Part shown: positions 10,601 to 32,990 of the stretch, one piece after another
Layout: every line of letters begins with the position of its first letter
How positions within the stretch are numbered: the first letter of the stretch is position 1
From: Protoeuglena noctilucae
Taxonomy: Eukaryota
Direction of reading: 5' to 3'
NCBI GenBank assembly: GCA_958009085.1
Contig: OY253680.1
Coordinates: forward strand, 930,001-994,000
Length of the DNA: 64,000 nt
Program-made: the position numbers and the translations under genes
The notes under the pieces: model-generated
What the model was told of the DNA's origin: nothing
Databases searched by the model: none
The model's input: the letters and a program-made list of their open reading frames with translations, nothing else

Positions 10601-13600
10601 NNNNNNNNNNNNNNNNNNNNNNNNNNNNNNNNNNNNNNNNNNNNNNNNNNNNNNNNNNNNNNNNNNNNNNNNNNNNNNNNNNNNNNNNNNNNNNNNNNNN
10701 NNNNNNNNNNNNNNNNNNNNNNNNNNNNNNNNNNNNNNNNNNNNNNNNNNNNNNNNNNNNNNNNNNNTCACTCTCACCATCACTATCGCCACCACTATCA
10801 CCATCACCATCACTATCGCTATCACTATCACTATAACCATTCGCAGATCTTCGACGTGCGCTTCAACGAGGGCTCCCTGATGCGCATGTGGGAGAAGACG
10901 GCGGTGCCAGAGTCGTGGACCCCCGCTGTGAGGGAGGCGGGGAAGCCGAGGCCGTCGAAGCTGCCCCAGGATGCCAGGATGGTGGTGTACCGGTGAGGGA
11001 GCTGTGGAATGGGGGAATGTGACGTATGAATGAGTGAGGGGGGAGCGATTGTGTCAGTGAGTGAGGGCCACCCCCAACACCACCTCCACTGCCAACCCCA
11101 CTGCCACCCCCGCTGCCACCCCCACTGCCACCCTCAACACCACCCCCACTGCCACCCATATCGCCACCCCCACTCCCTCTCCCATCCCCAGCCCCGACCT
11201 AGACTCCTTCCTCGAAAAGATCGCGGTCGCCAAGAGCAAACGGCAGCAGACGACGCGCCAGGCCCTTCGCACTTTAGTAAAACACCACATCATGCCGTTG
11301 CGGCAGCTCAAAGTGAAGAAACTGGACAAGTTCTTAGGGGCGTTGCTGCACCCTGACGTGGGGGAGATTCTGGCGGAATACGAGCCGGCCATCAAGGAGT
11401 GCTACGGGGTGTACTCGATGATGGACGAGGAGCTGGGGTGGGAGATCACGTGGGAGATGCTGGAGGTGGGTGTTGGTATAAGTGATATTAGTTATGAATA
11501 TGTATTGTTATGGGGTGTACTCGATGATGGACTGGGCAATCATTAGTGACCCACTACATACTGGTTACCATACCAGAGGCCATGTAAATCCTGGAGCTGA
11601 CCAATCTATATAATCATCTGTATATACCCATTCTCTATTTCATTCTGCATCTCTCAGGAGGCCAACGAGACCATGTCGATCCTGGAGCTGACCAAGCTTG
11701 CGGCGGACCTGAAGATCGTGCCCCACCTCATCACCGCCAAGGAACTCGACCTCATATTCCGAAAGGTCAACTACGGGCCTGGATCAGGTGAGAAGGTAAT
11801 GTCATGGAGACAGTTCTATTTGTGGTTACACACACTCTCTCTCCCTACCGCCCCAGAGACTGCACCCCACCACCCACTCTACACCCAACGGCCTGCCAAC
11901 CGCATTTCAACCCCCCCACGTTCACCCCGCTCACCACCTCACCCTCACCCACACCCACACCCTCACCCTCACCCTCACCCCCCCCACCCCAGACGACAGT
12001 TTCACGGAGATGTCCTACGACGAATTCGTGGACGCCCTTGGCCTGATCGCCATGGTGGGATTCACCAAAAAGGAGGAGCACGCCAACAAGAGCGCCCCCG
12101 ACATGCTGCGGCTGTTGTTTGAATACATGGGGCTGCAGCCGGGGGATCTGAAGAGGTTCAATCCCGATGAGGATCCCTATTACGAGTGGAAGAGCCTGCA
12201 TGTGGACTACGAGGCGGCGGAGGCGAGCATGAAGGGGGGGAGGGATTGGGATCGAGTCTTGCTATCGATCTCGCGTTTACTGCAGGACTGCAGCACTGAT
12301 CCCCTCTTTCTACTTCATGCACCACCCCACCCACCACGCTCTCCACTCCACACACCACCAACACACTCCCCACCCCACTCCCCACCCCCAGCGCGGCCGC
12401 TCCCACATGGGCGTGATGATCGCGGAGGTCATCGAGCCCCCCGACGTGTGGTGGCCGGAGGACGTGGCGGAGATTCTGGCAAAGGCGATATCCGCGCAGA
12501 GGAGGGGGGACGCGGCGTCCTGCCTGGAGTTATACGCGGATGCGATGCGGAGGTGGCAGGGACTGGCGCAGAGAGTGGGGCAGGCGCTGAGGCTGTTTGC
12601 GGTCGAGGGGGAGGGGGAGGGGGAGGAGGGGGAGGAGGTGAGTGGGGGGAGGGGGGGGGAAGGGGGGTTAGTGGGTATTGTTGAGTGGAGTGATGAGAGG
12701 GGGTTGCAAAGGGGGGGGGGGGGGGGGGGGGGGGGGTATGGCAGTGACAAGGTAAATGGGGAGGGTCGGTTGATCGACGCATCTCGCCACCGTCACTGCC
12801 CACTCCCACCAGCGCACTCCATTCCAACACAGAGTGGCAGTGGGGCTGCCCGCATGTCAAACCAATGCGTAACAACCACCCCACTCCTCATCTTCTCATC
12901 TACCCACCCCATCATCCCCCCAGGCCCTCCCCGCCAAGGGCGCGTCGCGTGACTCCGTGGATTCGATGTTTAGCCAGGCATCGCATGTTGATGATGCTGG
13001 GGACAATGCTGCATCCAAGAGACATTCGGTGGCCACGGTGGCGTCGGTGCAGGGGGGGGGAGGGGCACCCAAGGTGAGAGTCAGTGGGGGGGGGGGATGG
13101 TGGTGAGGGTGAGTGTGGTGGTAAAAGGGACAGTGAGCGACATCCGCACTCTCACCGCCACCCACACATGCACCGACACTTGCAACCCCCTCACATCCAC
13201 CCACACTCACACCCCCCACCCCCACTCCCCCCCAGACCCACCAGCGCACTCGGTTTGCCTCCCGCACCGCCACGACGTTCCGAGACGTCGACGAGGCAGG
13301 GGGAGATGGTGCATCAGCAACTGCCACAGCCACAGTGACTGACAACGACAGTCACGGTGGCGATCCCAGAGTGCGACTGGCGCAGAGTCAAGGGTCATCA
13401 GTGGGGCAGGGGGGGGGGCATGTGGGGGTGGCACACAGCGCCAGTCAGGGCACAGCCATACCCCACAGCGCATCGCAATCGCACAGCGCGGCACCCAGCG
13501 CGGGCCCTTCCCGGGCACACAGCGTGGCACACAGCGTCGCACACAGCGTGGCACACAGCGTCGCACACAGCGTGGCACACAGCGTCGCACACAGCGTGGC

Positions 13601-16600
13601 TCCCAGCATCGCACCTAGTGTATCGCAAAGCGTGGCGCACAGCGTGGGTGCGCCCAGCGTGGGTGCGCCCAGCGTGGCTGCGTCTGCGTTGCACTCGCGT
13701 GCGCCTTCGTTCGGGGATGGGGGGGACGAGGGGTGGGGCGCGCATGCGGTGGTGGCGCTGGAGGACCTGGGGGAGGTGAGGGGGGTGGGTGATGGGTGAT
13801 GGATGAGTGGATGTGTGATAAGTGACTGTGTGTACATAGGTGAGGAGTGGGTGAGTGTGTGGCATGAAGGGTATTTGATGAGTGGATGTGTTGATGGGTG
13901 GGTGTGATGGGTGACTGTACGGTGGAGGTTGGACTGATGAGCGTGCATGACGTGACTGTGTGGTACGATCAAGGTGTGCTGACGCTGCCTACATGTAACA
14001 ATAAACACGGTATGAATGCACCCCCACCCCATCCAGGCGGAGTTGAGCAAGGACATGCGCCGTATGCTGGACACGTGGGACGCGGCCACGAGGGAGCTGA
14101 GGAGGCGCAAGAGTCGGTGGGGGAGCAGCAGGGACGAGGTGGTGAAGGACATACAGGCAATGCAGGTGAATGAGTGAGAGTGACTGAGTGAGCGAGTGGC
14201 ATGCATTGGACCCACTGTCCCTCCGTTACCCCTTCTCATCACTCTAGCCACCCCCTATATCAACATTCCAAATCTCCCCATCTCCCATTCAGAAGTCCGA
14301 GGAAGCCCCGGTCGGCAACAGCATCAACGACGTCGGCCACCGCATGCTCAGGGAGGTGGAGCTGTACTTTGCGCTGGTGATGGCCAACGTGCTGCAGCAG
14401 GAGGGACAGGACGCGGCCACCATAGAGGTGGGAGTGGGGGTGGATGGGATGGATGCGTGATATGGGGCGGACGCCAGTCGGTGGTTGCGATGTTCGACAG
14501 ACGCAGCAATAACGCAGTGATTGTGCTAATTGATCATGACCCATCTTACCCCTGCCTCTTTTGTCAAACCCACACCATCCACCTTCCACACCACTCACCT
14601 CACCACCCCCCATCCACCCCACCCCACGCCACTCCCCTCTCCACCCCCCTCACCCCCCCCAGGTGTTGCGCCAGGCCGACGAGGACATCAAATCCCTGGG
14701 AGAGGGCCACGTGATGGCCACCACCGCCGCGTCCGTGGAGGGCATGTCCTACTTCAACACCGGCAACCTGCGCATGGCATTCCGGAAGATGGTCCAGGCC
14801 TATGTTGAGCGGTCGGTGCACCCATCGCTGGGCAAAGCGCATCTGGACACTGCAGTGGCGGCACATAACCTGGGGTGTCTGCTGGAGCGGTGCGGGCAGC
14901 TGGGGAAAGCGGCGGAGGTGCTGGGGAGCGCGGCTGAGACGCTGCACGCGCAGCTGGGGGTCACGCACCCACGGGCGGCGCTGGCGAGCAGGAACCTGGC
15001 GAGAGTGAGGCAGAAGTGAGTGGGAGGGATGATGGTGGGGGGGTATGTTTGGGTGGGCGTGTGGGTGTGGGTGTGTGTGTGTGTGTGTAACAGCACCCTC
15101 GGTCTCACTCCGACATAACTATTACTACTGCTTTCATGTTCCGACATTTGCATCTCACCACATCCCCCCTTCCTCGTCTGTCTCCCCAGGGTGGCTGCCG
15201 CTTCCCGCGAGGCCCTGGCTGCCCAGGCGTCCGCCCCCGCCCCCCTGGCTGACAAGGGGTCCGCATCTGAGAAGTCCATGAGCCGGGCAGCGGGGGAGGG
15301 GAAAGCAGAGTCCAAAGCAGGAGAATCCAAAGCAGTGGGAGAGTCCAAAGGTGGTGAATCTAAGGGCGGTGAATCGAAGGGGGAGTCTAAGGCGGAGAGG
15401 GAGCGTGCGGATGCCAAGAGCAAGCGGCAGCAGGAGAGGGAGAAGAGGGAGAAGGAGAGGAGGGCGAAGCACGAGGTGAGATATGATGGGGAAGGGTGAC
15501 CCTCACATGTGTACGAGATGCACCACGCTAGCATGCGCCTGTCGCACGCCCTGCCCCACCCACGGCCACCGTCGACCCATCCCGACCATCCCTCCACTGC
15601 CCATCAACCCCCCACACATTACAACGTCCCTCACCTCCCCCCCACTCCACTCCCCCCCCAGGCCTTCCTGTCCCGGTTAGCGGGCGGGTCCCGCCACACG
15701 GCATTGGAGGTGAGCGTGAAGGACGGCGCGGCTCTGATGAGCAACCAGCGCCGCATCCTGTCCTCGTGGCAGCCGCGGTTCTTCCGGCCGCCCGAGGGGT
15801 GGCAGCAGGACGCGAGGGCGGTGTTCAACGCGGTGAGGGCGGACGTGGAGGCGTATGCGTCGGGGGAGCGGCAGGCGCGGCCGAGGGGGGAGGCGATCCT
15901 GAAACTCATCATGGCCGACAACGGAGTCATCGAGGTGAGGAGTCGAGAGGGGGGGAGGGGAAGGATGGAACATGAGTGGGTTGGCTGCGGACGCAACAGC
16001 ATGCGGCATGACGGTCGTCCCGATGACGACGATGTTATGAACTGCACTGTCGTATCTGCGCGGATACATACTATCAAACTACCTGTTACAACAATCTCTC
16101 TCAACCCTGCTGCGTCTCAGGACGAGGCGGAGAAGCGCGGCATCATCCGACGCACGGCGCGGCAGAGGCGGGAGCGGAGGCGGAGGGAGCTGGCGCGCAT
16201 CAACAAGCACGGGGCATACGTGCCGGACATGGCGCAGATCGAGGCGATCGGTGAGGATATGCGGGCCCTGTACGGCAGCAAGGCTGCTTCCTGCGCGGTT
16301 GTGTGTCACTCTCACGCTTCCCATCGTGCTCTGGCCGCAGAGAAGGCACTGCAGGGCGTGCTGACGCGGGGAGAGCAGGGGACGGTGCAGATGGAGGTGC
16401 AGATGGGCGACATCCTGCTGCTGGTGAGGCGACATCACGCTAGCCATGCTGCCCGCGCCCGCAGCAGCACCGGCGATCGCTGCGGGGGCTTAGTGGATGC
16501 AAACACATTCTTATATTCTAATCATCTCAATCATCGCTCCGCTCGCAGGCTAAGCGGATGGGGGAGTACACGGAGGAAGAGGACTTGGGCCCCGACCTGC

Positions 16601-16665
16601 GCGTCGCGCTGGCGCCCACGCCCGAGCCGGAGGAAGGCGAAGAGGAGCTGCCGGGAGCGGCGTAG
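7634..16665 (+). CDS. Large multidomain protein with RCC1 repeats, an EF-hand-like helical region, low-complexity repeats and TPR-like repeats; could be two genes
   Basis: RCC1 repeats: VAAGADHFAACTADGDVFVWGANTCGQLG and VACGAGFTAAVTESGELYTFGFGGRGALGHG. EF-hand-like: ELDLIFRKVN...EMSYDEFVDAL. TPR-like: HLDTAVAAHNLGCLL...LGVTHPRAALASRNLARV. Exons join in frame where checked, ending at TAG 16663-16665. Confidence 0.65.
10568..10767. other. Assembly gap (200 N) inside an intron, flanked by TG-rich and CATCACTAT-like simple repeats
   Basis: The run of n is directly visible. Confidence 0.98.
12711..12736 (+). repeat. 26-nt G homopolymer in an intron
   Basis: Directly visible. The length may be imprecise in the assembly. 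Confidence 0.85.
13515..13598 (+). repeat. Coding tandem repeat, 7 x 12 bp GCACACAGCGT(G/C), encoding (AHSV)7
   Basis: Directly visible. The last base alternates G/C, giving a 24-bp higher-order unit. Confidence 0.92.
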
Positions 16666-16679
16666 GATGGAGGCTGGAA

Positions 16680-16684
16680 TGTAA
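16680..16684 (+). promoter_or_regulatory. Possible chlorophyte-type polyadenylation signal TGTAA
   Basis: Lies 15 nt after the stop at 16665. It is not consistently seen after the other genes. Confidence 0.3.
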
Positions 16685-17116
16685 ACCTGCACTGCGGACG
16701 ATTTTACACTGGCGTGTATGCCCTGGCGTGTTTCAGAGTTTTTTTTTGATCTCGTAGATGTCTTTGCGCGAATAAATGTCCGCGCGTGCACATTGCGCGC
16801 AAGCGAGTCGTTCGCAGTGCCCGGGCGCGCTTAAAGCGCTGAACAGCGGGCGACTTTGGTGGGAGGGGCACTCCTGTCGCGGGGCCACCAGGGTTCGTCG
16901 CGTGGAGCACACCAGGCTTGCACGGAAGCTAGCAGTCGAGCGCGGGCATCGCCGGGGAGGAAGGGTGGGCGGAGGGGGGTGCGCTGAAGCACGGGGACGG
17001 GCGGACGGCCCGGGACGCGTGCATCGCGCGGGGGCTGCGCCTGAGGCGGGGCTCGGGGCCCGCGCCTGATTCCTGAGTCCTCTGTCGAGGCCCGGGAGGC
17101 CGAACAGGCGTCGAAA

Positions 17117-23578
<6,462 letters not shown>

Positions 23579-24211
23579 CGCGCTACTAGGGACAGGCTTG
23601 TGGGTAGTGCCCCGCCCTTGCCGGGGAGCGATGTGGGGCCGCGCGGGGGGTTAAGCAGGCGCGATGCGTGCGCGAGGCGTTTAATTTGCGTAGCGGCGAA
23701 CCATCCCGGTCGGGAACGGCCCGCGCGATCCCCAAGGCCGTCTCGTGTGGTGTGCGACAGCTCGCGTGTCGCGGTGGCCGCCCATGGCGACCCTCCGCGC
23801 CCCCGCCGTGCCCTGCACCGCGCACAGCGTCCGCTCCACCAGGTGACGCCCCCGCGCATCTCCCGGCCGCCCGGGCGACGCGCGCAACTGCGCGTGTCGT
23901 GGGGCTGAAATATCTGGCCCCCCGCGACGGCCGCGAGGCAATGCGCGGGCTGCTCGCGACCCCCGCGTCCGATTCCTAGGCTCCGTTTGAGCGCGACCGC
24001 GACGGCCCCTGCACTCGGATCGCGCTCGCCGGGACGGGCGCGCGAGCCTTGGCCCAACGGACTCGCGAGCGGCGCGGGGGGCCGGCCTCGAGTGCCGGAG
24101 AGCGCTTGGGAGATGCGCGTTTCGGCAGTCGAAAGTCCCTGGGTGGCCCGCCTGGCCATCCCTGCCCCCGTTTCCCCCGCCGTCCCTGGGTCCGTCAAGG
24201 GCTGCGAATGA

Positions 24212-28220
<4,009 letters not shown>

Positions 28221-28468
28221 GCATGCCGTACATGTCTTGTCATGAATCGCACCGGTTTGAATGGGAATGGTTGACAAGGCAGGAACAGTTGGTGGTCGCA
28301 ATCAACAGCAAACGTACTCGGATGCTAGTCACGCCCCGCGCTTTGCCAAGCCCTGCTCAGCACTCAGTGCTCTGCCACTCGCACCACCCCCACCCCATCA
28401 CCCCATCACTGCAATGCGGGGCTGTCGAGCATCCGAACATCAACCCCACCCCACCACTCCTCTCCCCT

Positions 28469-31347
28469 TCACTGCATTGCGGGGCTGTCGAGGACCGCGA
28501 ACCCGGACGCGACCCCCCCCTCGTTGGAGTCTGCGGTCTTGGTGCGCAGTAAGTGGCCGGCAGCCGCGTTCATCAGCGACCCTTTGCCACGCGCCTCCAC
28601 GCACACCCCGTAGACGCCCAGCTCTGACAGGGAGTCGGACCAGAAGTGGCGACCGTTGCGGAGGAAGAGCGTGCGGTCTGAAGGGGAGAGGGGGAGGGGA
28701 GGGAGATGGGTGATGACGGGCGATACTGTGCAATGGGTGCAGTGCAGTGCCGTTGCTGTTGAGGCAAGTCGCCATGAGCGGCAGCGACAGGTTGCATAGA
28801 AGGCATGTGTCGGTCGCATTCCACCACTGCACGCCGTCATCGACACACAGCCATGGCATGCCATCCCGTCATCCCCATCCCTGGCTGCTTCTCACTGACG
28901 GGTGGCCGTATGCGCTCCATGAGGATGTACTGGGCCAGGTCGCTGCCACCCGCCCGCAGCCGGGCCGCGATATCGGCACCGTACACGTTGTTGCCACCAC
29001 CCTCGCGCTGGGGCTGCATGGGTGGGGGGTGTTATGGAATGGGTGAGGATGGGCGAGAGATGGGGATTAACTCATGGATACCAACAACATCCGTTTAGTA
29101 AGACTTAGCATGCAACACAAACACAACACCAGTGCCATCGGTGGGGGCAGTAAGACTAAACGTGCAGCATAAAACCACAGCCCATCGCACCGTATGCAAC
29201 ATGCAACACTCTTATTCCCCACATTTTCACCTTAAGTACGTAGTCGTCGGGATGTTCGATGGCCCTCCTCACCACCTCCGCCACCTCCCCCTCCCTCTCC
29301 AGCGCCCACTGCCCCGCGTACACCGCACGCAGACGGGACACGGCATCGGCAGACACGAAACGCTGAGGGGGAGTGTCAGAGAGGGATGGCGAGGTTGACA
29401 ATCGCAGGTAACGCAGCACATATGGCATGCGATGGCATGCAGCAGCACCTCTAACCCCCTCTATCATCGTCACTCCATCCGCATCTCACCTCCGTGACTC
29501 CCGGCATGGCCAGCTCCTGCTGGATGCGCTTGGCACCCGCAATCTGCATGGGGAGATTCGGACACTGCGGGGAAGGGACGAACGACAGTTCACTGTCTCT
29601 CACAACCCATCCCAAGCACTTGTGGTCGCTGCGCATCAGCCGTGTGCCAGGCAGCCACCGCCCACTTGCCACATAACACACCCACTGGCGTCAGCCTTCT
29701 CTCACCTTGGGCGCATCTGACGTCTCCAGCACACACCTCCCGTCCCACTCTGCCTGACTGGGGTAGTCCCCAGGCGCATACCCCGACCGCAGATACACCA
29801 CACACACGCGGCGACCACCCACGGAGAGACTGCCGTCCTCAGACACTGTCGCCTCCGCCTCCACCTCCGCCTGCGAGAACACAGGCGGTTGCTGTTATCT
29901 AAGGGTCATGTTCGATCCACGAACAACCCCACACACACGTGCGCAACCTGCGAGACATGCACCCTCTCAACGCTTATCCACTGACCAGGGTTCGTCGGAT
30001 GGTGTCGATGCCGTGTTTCTCCCACAGCGTCGTGCACAGCCACTGCTGGTCGAATGCATTCATCTCCCCCGGTTGCACCACCATGAGCGCCGCGGGGCAC
30101 GACAGGTCCAAGCGAGACCCTACCCGGGGCTCCTCCCAGCCCTTGTGCGAGCAGTAGGCAGCAGCGGCAGTGGCCAGCGCCGACGCGAGGCCATCCAGTG
30201 CGCCGTTGCTGGGGAGGGATGACCGTGGGGGCAGCAGGTTGTCAGGGTCGCGGGAGGCGAGGTAGCGGTGGAGCTCAGAGGTCTTGGCGGAGAGGGCAGC
30301 GAAGGAGGCGGCAATCATATTGATCTCCACCTGCAGGAGGCGACCGCTGGGGGCATCTGCGCGGCGGCGGGGGAAGGGAACGGTTGGGCAGTCATACGCA
30401 CATGGCAGGTGCAGTCGCGCGAGCGTGGGCCCTGCAGCCCAGCGCACCGAGCATGTAGTCGGAGCGGTTGATCATGACGGTGACGGGGTCGTCGCCGGCG
30501 CCCCTCGCGCCCTCCACGCGGCCCATCAGGTCCACCAGCTGCTCCGTGAAGGCATCGAACTCAGCCGCGCGGCGCACGGTCGAGCGGAGGAAGGCGCGGT
30601 CGCGTGACACGGCGAGCATCAAGTCGTTGAAGTCCGCGGCCAACGCGACCGCCCGCTCGAACTGCGGGTGCGCGAGGGATGCCGGCTGGTTGGATGCCCA
30701 GATGGTGCTGGTGCTCCCCGGCGGGAGACTCCTGCGCCTCGCTGAGCGCGGGAGGAAGCAAAACGTGAAAGCGAGAAAGCATCACGGATGTACGGGTCCC
30801 GAAACGAGCGGCAGCGCCCCGCCTCGAGCGCTTGCACGCCCGCACCTCCTCGCGAGGCATCGGCGTCGGCGTGAGGGACACGGGGGCGTGCGCCATGACG
30901 ACCTGCACTCCAGACCCCATCACTTTCCCGTCCGTCGCGCCGCTGTAGCCCATCACCAGGCCGTTCTGCGCGGCCCACACGGCCGCGTCGCTGGCCAGGC
31001 GCGCGTCCCGCAGCTCGGTCCTGCGGGCCGGACGAGCACGTCATTATGTGCGACAAGACGCAGATTACATTGAGGCAACCGAGAAGACATCAAAGAACCC
31101 CGCAGGCCGCGCACCCAGTCTCCATCGTCGTCATCGCGCTCCCAGCTGAGGCGCGGAGGACCGCGAGAGGGCGCGGGGGGGCAGATACCCGACTAAACCC
31201 AGCGGTGTTGACGGTCTTGTGGATGCCGGCGCTCCGGTCCTGCGCAGACGACCCGAGCGGGGCTAGAAATGAGCGCGCAGAGTAGCACTTAGGAGAACGC
31301 CCGGTTGCGCTCCGCTTGAAGCTCGCAACCCTTGACAGAGGCTGCAT
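28469..31347 (-). CDS. GSH2: Eukaryotic-type glutathione synthetase; multi-exon
   Basis: [74 protein letters not shown] and GHLLRTK...[14 protein letters not shown]. Confidence 0.93.
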
Positions 31348-31617
31348 AAGTGCACTTTCCAGCCATCGCGGTGACATTTATGGGTGACTACGCACCAGGA
31401 CGGCCGCGGCTGTCCGGCCTGACCCCAGGCTGCTTGCTGCCCGGGCCAGAGCAGCGCAGGGGTGTGATGCCATTCCTTTCACGCTGTCCCCTGTCCTATC
31501 TTCTGCCCCTCCGTAACGTGATGTTGCCGGAACATCGACGCAGCGAGATAATTTAACACAATTGCCACAAACGCCAGCATGCGCTCCCGCTGCAGCACAG
31601 GAGGTCACAAGGCAGTG

Positions 31618-32439
31618 CTATCCCGACCGTCCCTCCCCCTCCACGGCTGCCTTGACGAGCTCGTCCAGCGGAGCCGCGTCCCTGCGTGCAAGGCACAGGG
31701 TCACCGCTCAACAAAGGCACCCATCGCGTCCCACTCCCATCCAGCCCTCCCCACCCCGCATCCTCACCCGTACGTGGTTTCTTGGAATGCGTACTTGACG
31801 GTGCTGCCCCCCCTGGCCACCACCATGACGCCCCCGAACACGGTGCCGTCCCCACGCACGTTGTGATGCTTCACCTCCTTGAGGCTCCCCCACAGGTTGC
31901 GCCAGGCGCGCGAGAAGGGGTTGAGGATGGGCAGCAGGTTGCCCACGCGCACCTCGCCCTCCCCCAGCGCACGGTAGAAGGACTTCTGCTCGTCCTGGTA
32001 CACGGGACCCGGCCAGACCTTGTCCTGGAAATCCTCAATCTCCAGGGGCAGCGACTGGTGGACCACGGCCGCCAGGCGCACGCCCGCCGCGTCCAGGTCA
32101 GGCTTGCGGGCCCACAAGTCTTGGGCCATCTTGCGGCAGGCCACGCAGCCGGGGCGCCTGCAGACAAGACGGGGTGAGAGTGATGCACGCTGTCACGGGG
32201 GCTCTGTGTGGGCCATGCAGCTCCGCCAGGACGCACCGGATGCACAGGACAACGCACGTGGCGTCCTTCCATAGTTCGTCGGACTTGATGGTACCGCCCT
32301 GCGGGCGCGGGCGGCGCGCGTCGGGTCCGCGGCAAGGCAGCCCCGCTGCAGTGCCCTAGCCGGGCTGCGCGGCCCGCACCTTCGGTAGCGACCTCAGAAT
32401 GATGTCGCGCACGTCGGCGACGTTGATGGAGATCCTCAT
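31618..32439 (-). CDS. Peroxiredoxin-like 2 (FAM213/SelU, AhpC-TSA_2) thioredoxin-fold protein; 5' end may extend further
   Basis: ELWKDATCVVLCIR|RPGCVACR (CxxC), FYRALG, GDGTVFGGVMVV and FQETTYGD. Confidence 0.8.
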
Positions 32440-32990
32440 GTTGCCCGCGTGGATGCTCTGCGGCACCGCCTCGATGACAATTGGCCGTGTTTACCTCGTG
32501 GCCACGAACAGCGCGTTCTCCCTGTCCGCGAGGTGTTTTTCCTCCGAACCTGCGCACGCAGACGATGTCGCAAAGTGTTGAGCAAACGCGCCTGCTAGAT
32601 GGATCAGGCGCCGCGAGGCGAAGCGTTGGGCAGGGCACCTCGCGTGCGTGTGGCGAGGGTGGAACGGAGCTCAGTATCCCTCAGTGCGTCTCGCTGATGA
32701 ACGGCAAGGAGCTTGCGGGTTTGTCGATGTCACACGCCATGGAATGCGCGAGGAACTGGAGAAGCTGCGGCAAGCCCTTCGGCGCTTCTGGCAACGAGCG
32801 ACTGGCGGGCGCGGGAGGGCACCGCAGGCCAAGTGGTGTGGCGAAATCGCTTCCATGCGAATCACCTGTCCTTCGGTGGCCTTTGCAACGCGGCAATCGC
32901 GTCTGTTCACTCAGCCACGCCCACAGACCGGCGTGCCTTTCGCTCGCGGCACCGAGACGGCTGTGCGCCCCGCATTCTGATTAGACAAGA

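Noticed and set aside
10472..10996. ORFs with X runs and His-rich or Val/Ile-rich translations
   Set aside because: Artefacts of the N gap and the adjacent intronic simple repeat.
12229..12245. Possible non-canonical GG donor after ATGAAG
   Set aside because: An AG|GCGAG donor at 12223 joins the next exon in the same frame and fits the window-wide GC consensus.
13515..13598. Regular short repeat considered as a CRISPR array
   Set aside because: The units are contiguous with no unique spacers, lie in a coding frame, and no cas genes are present.
16704..16910. Short minus-strand ORF ending at a TGTAA-like signal
   Set aside because: 68 codons from a non-ATG start with no motif, lying in the presumed DHX16 promoter. 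TGTAA is not a consistent signal in this window.
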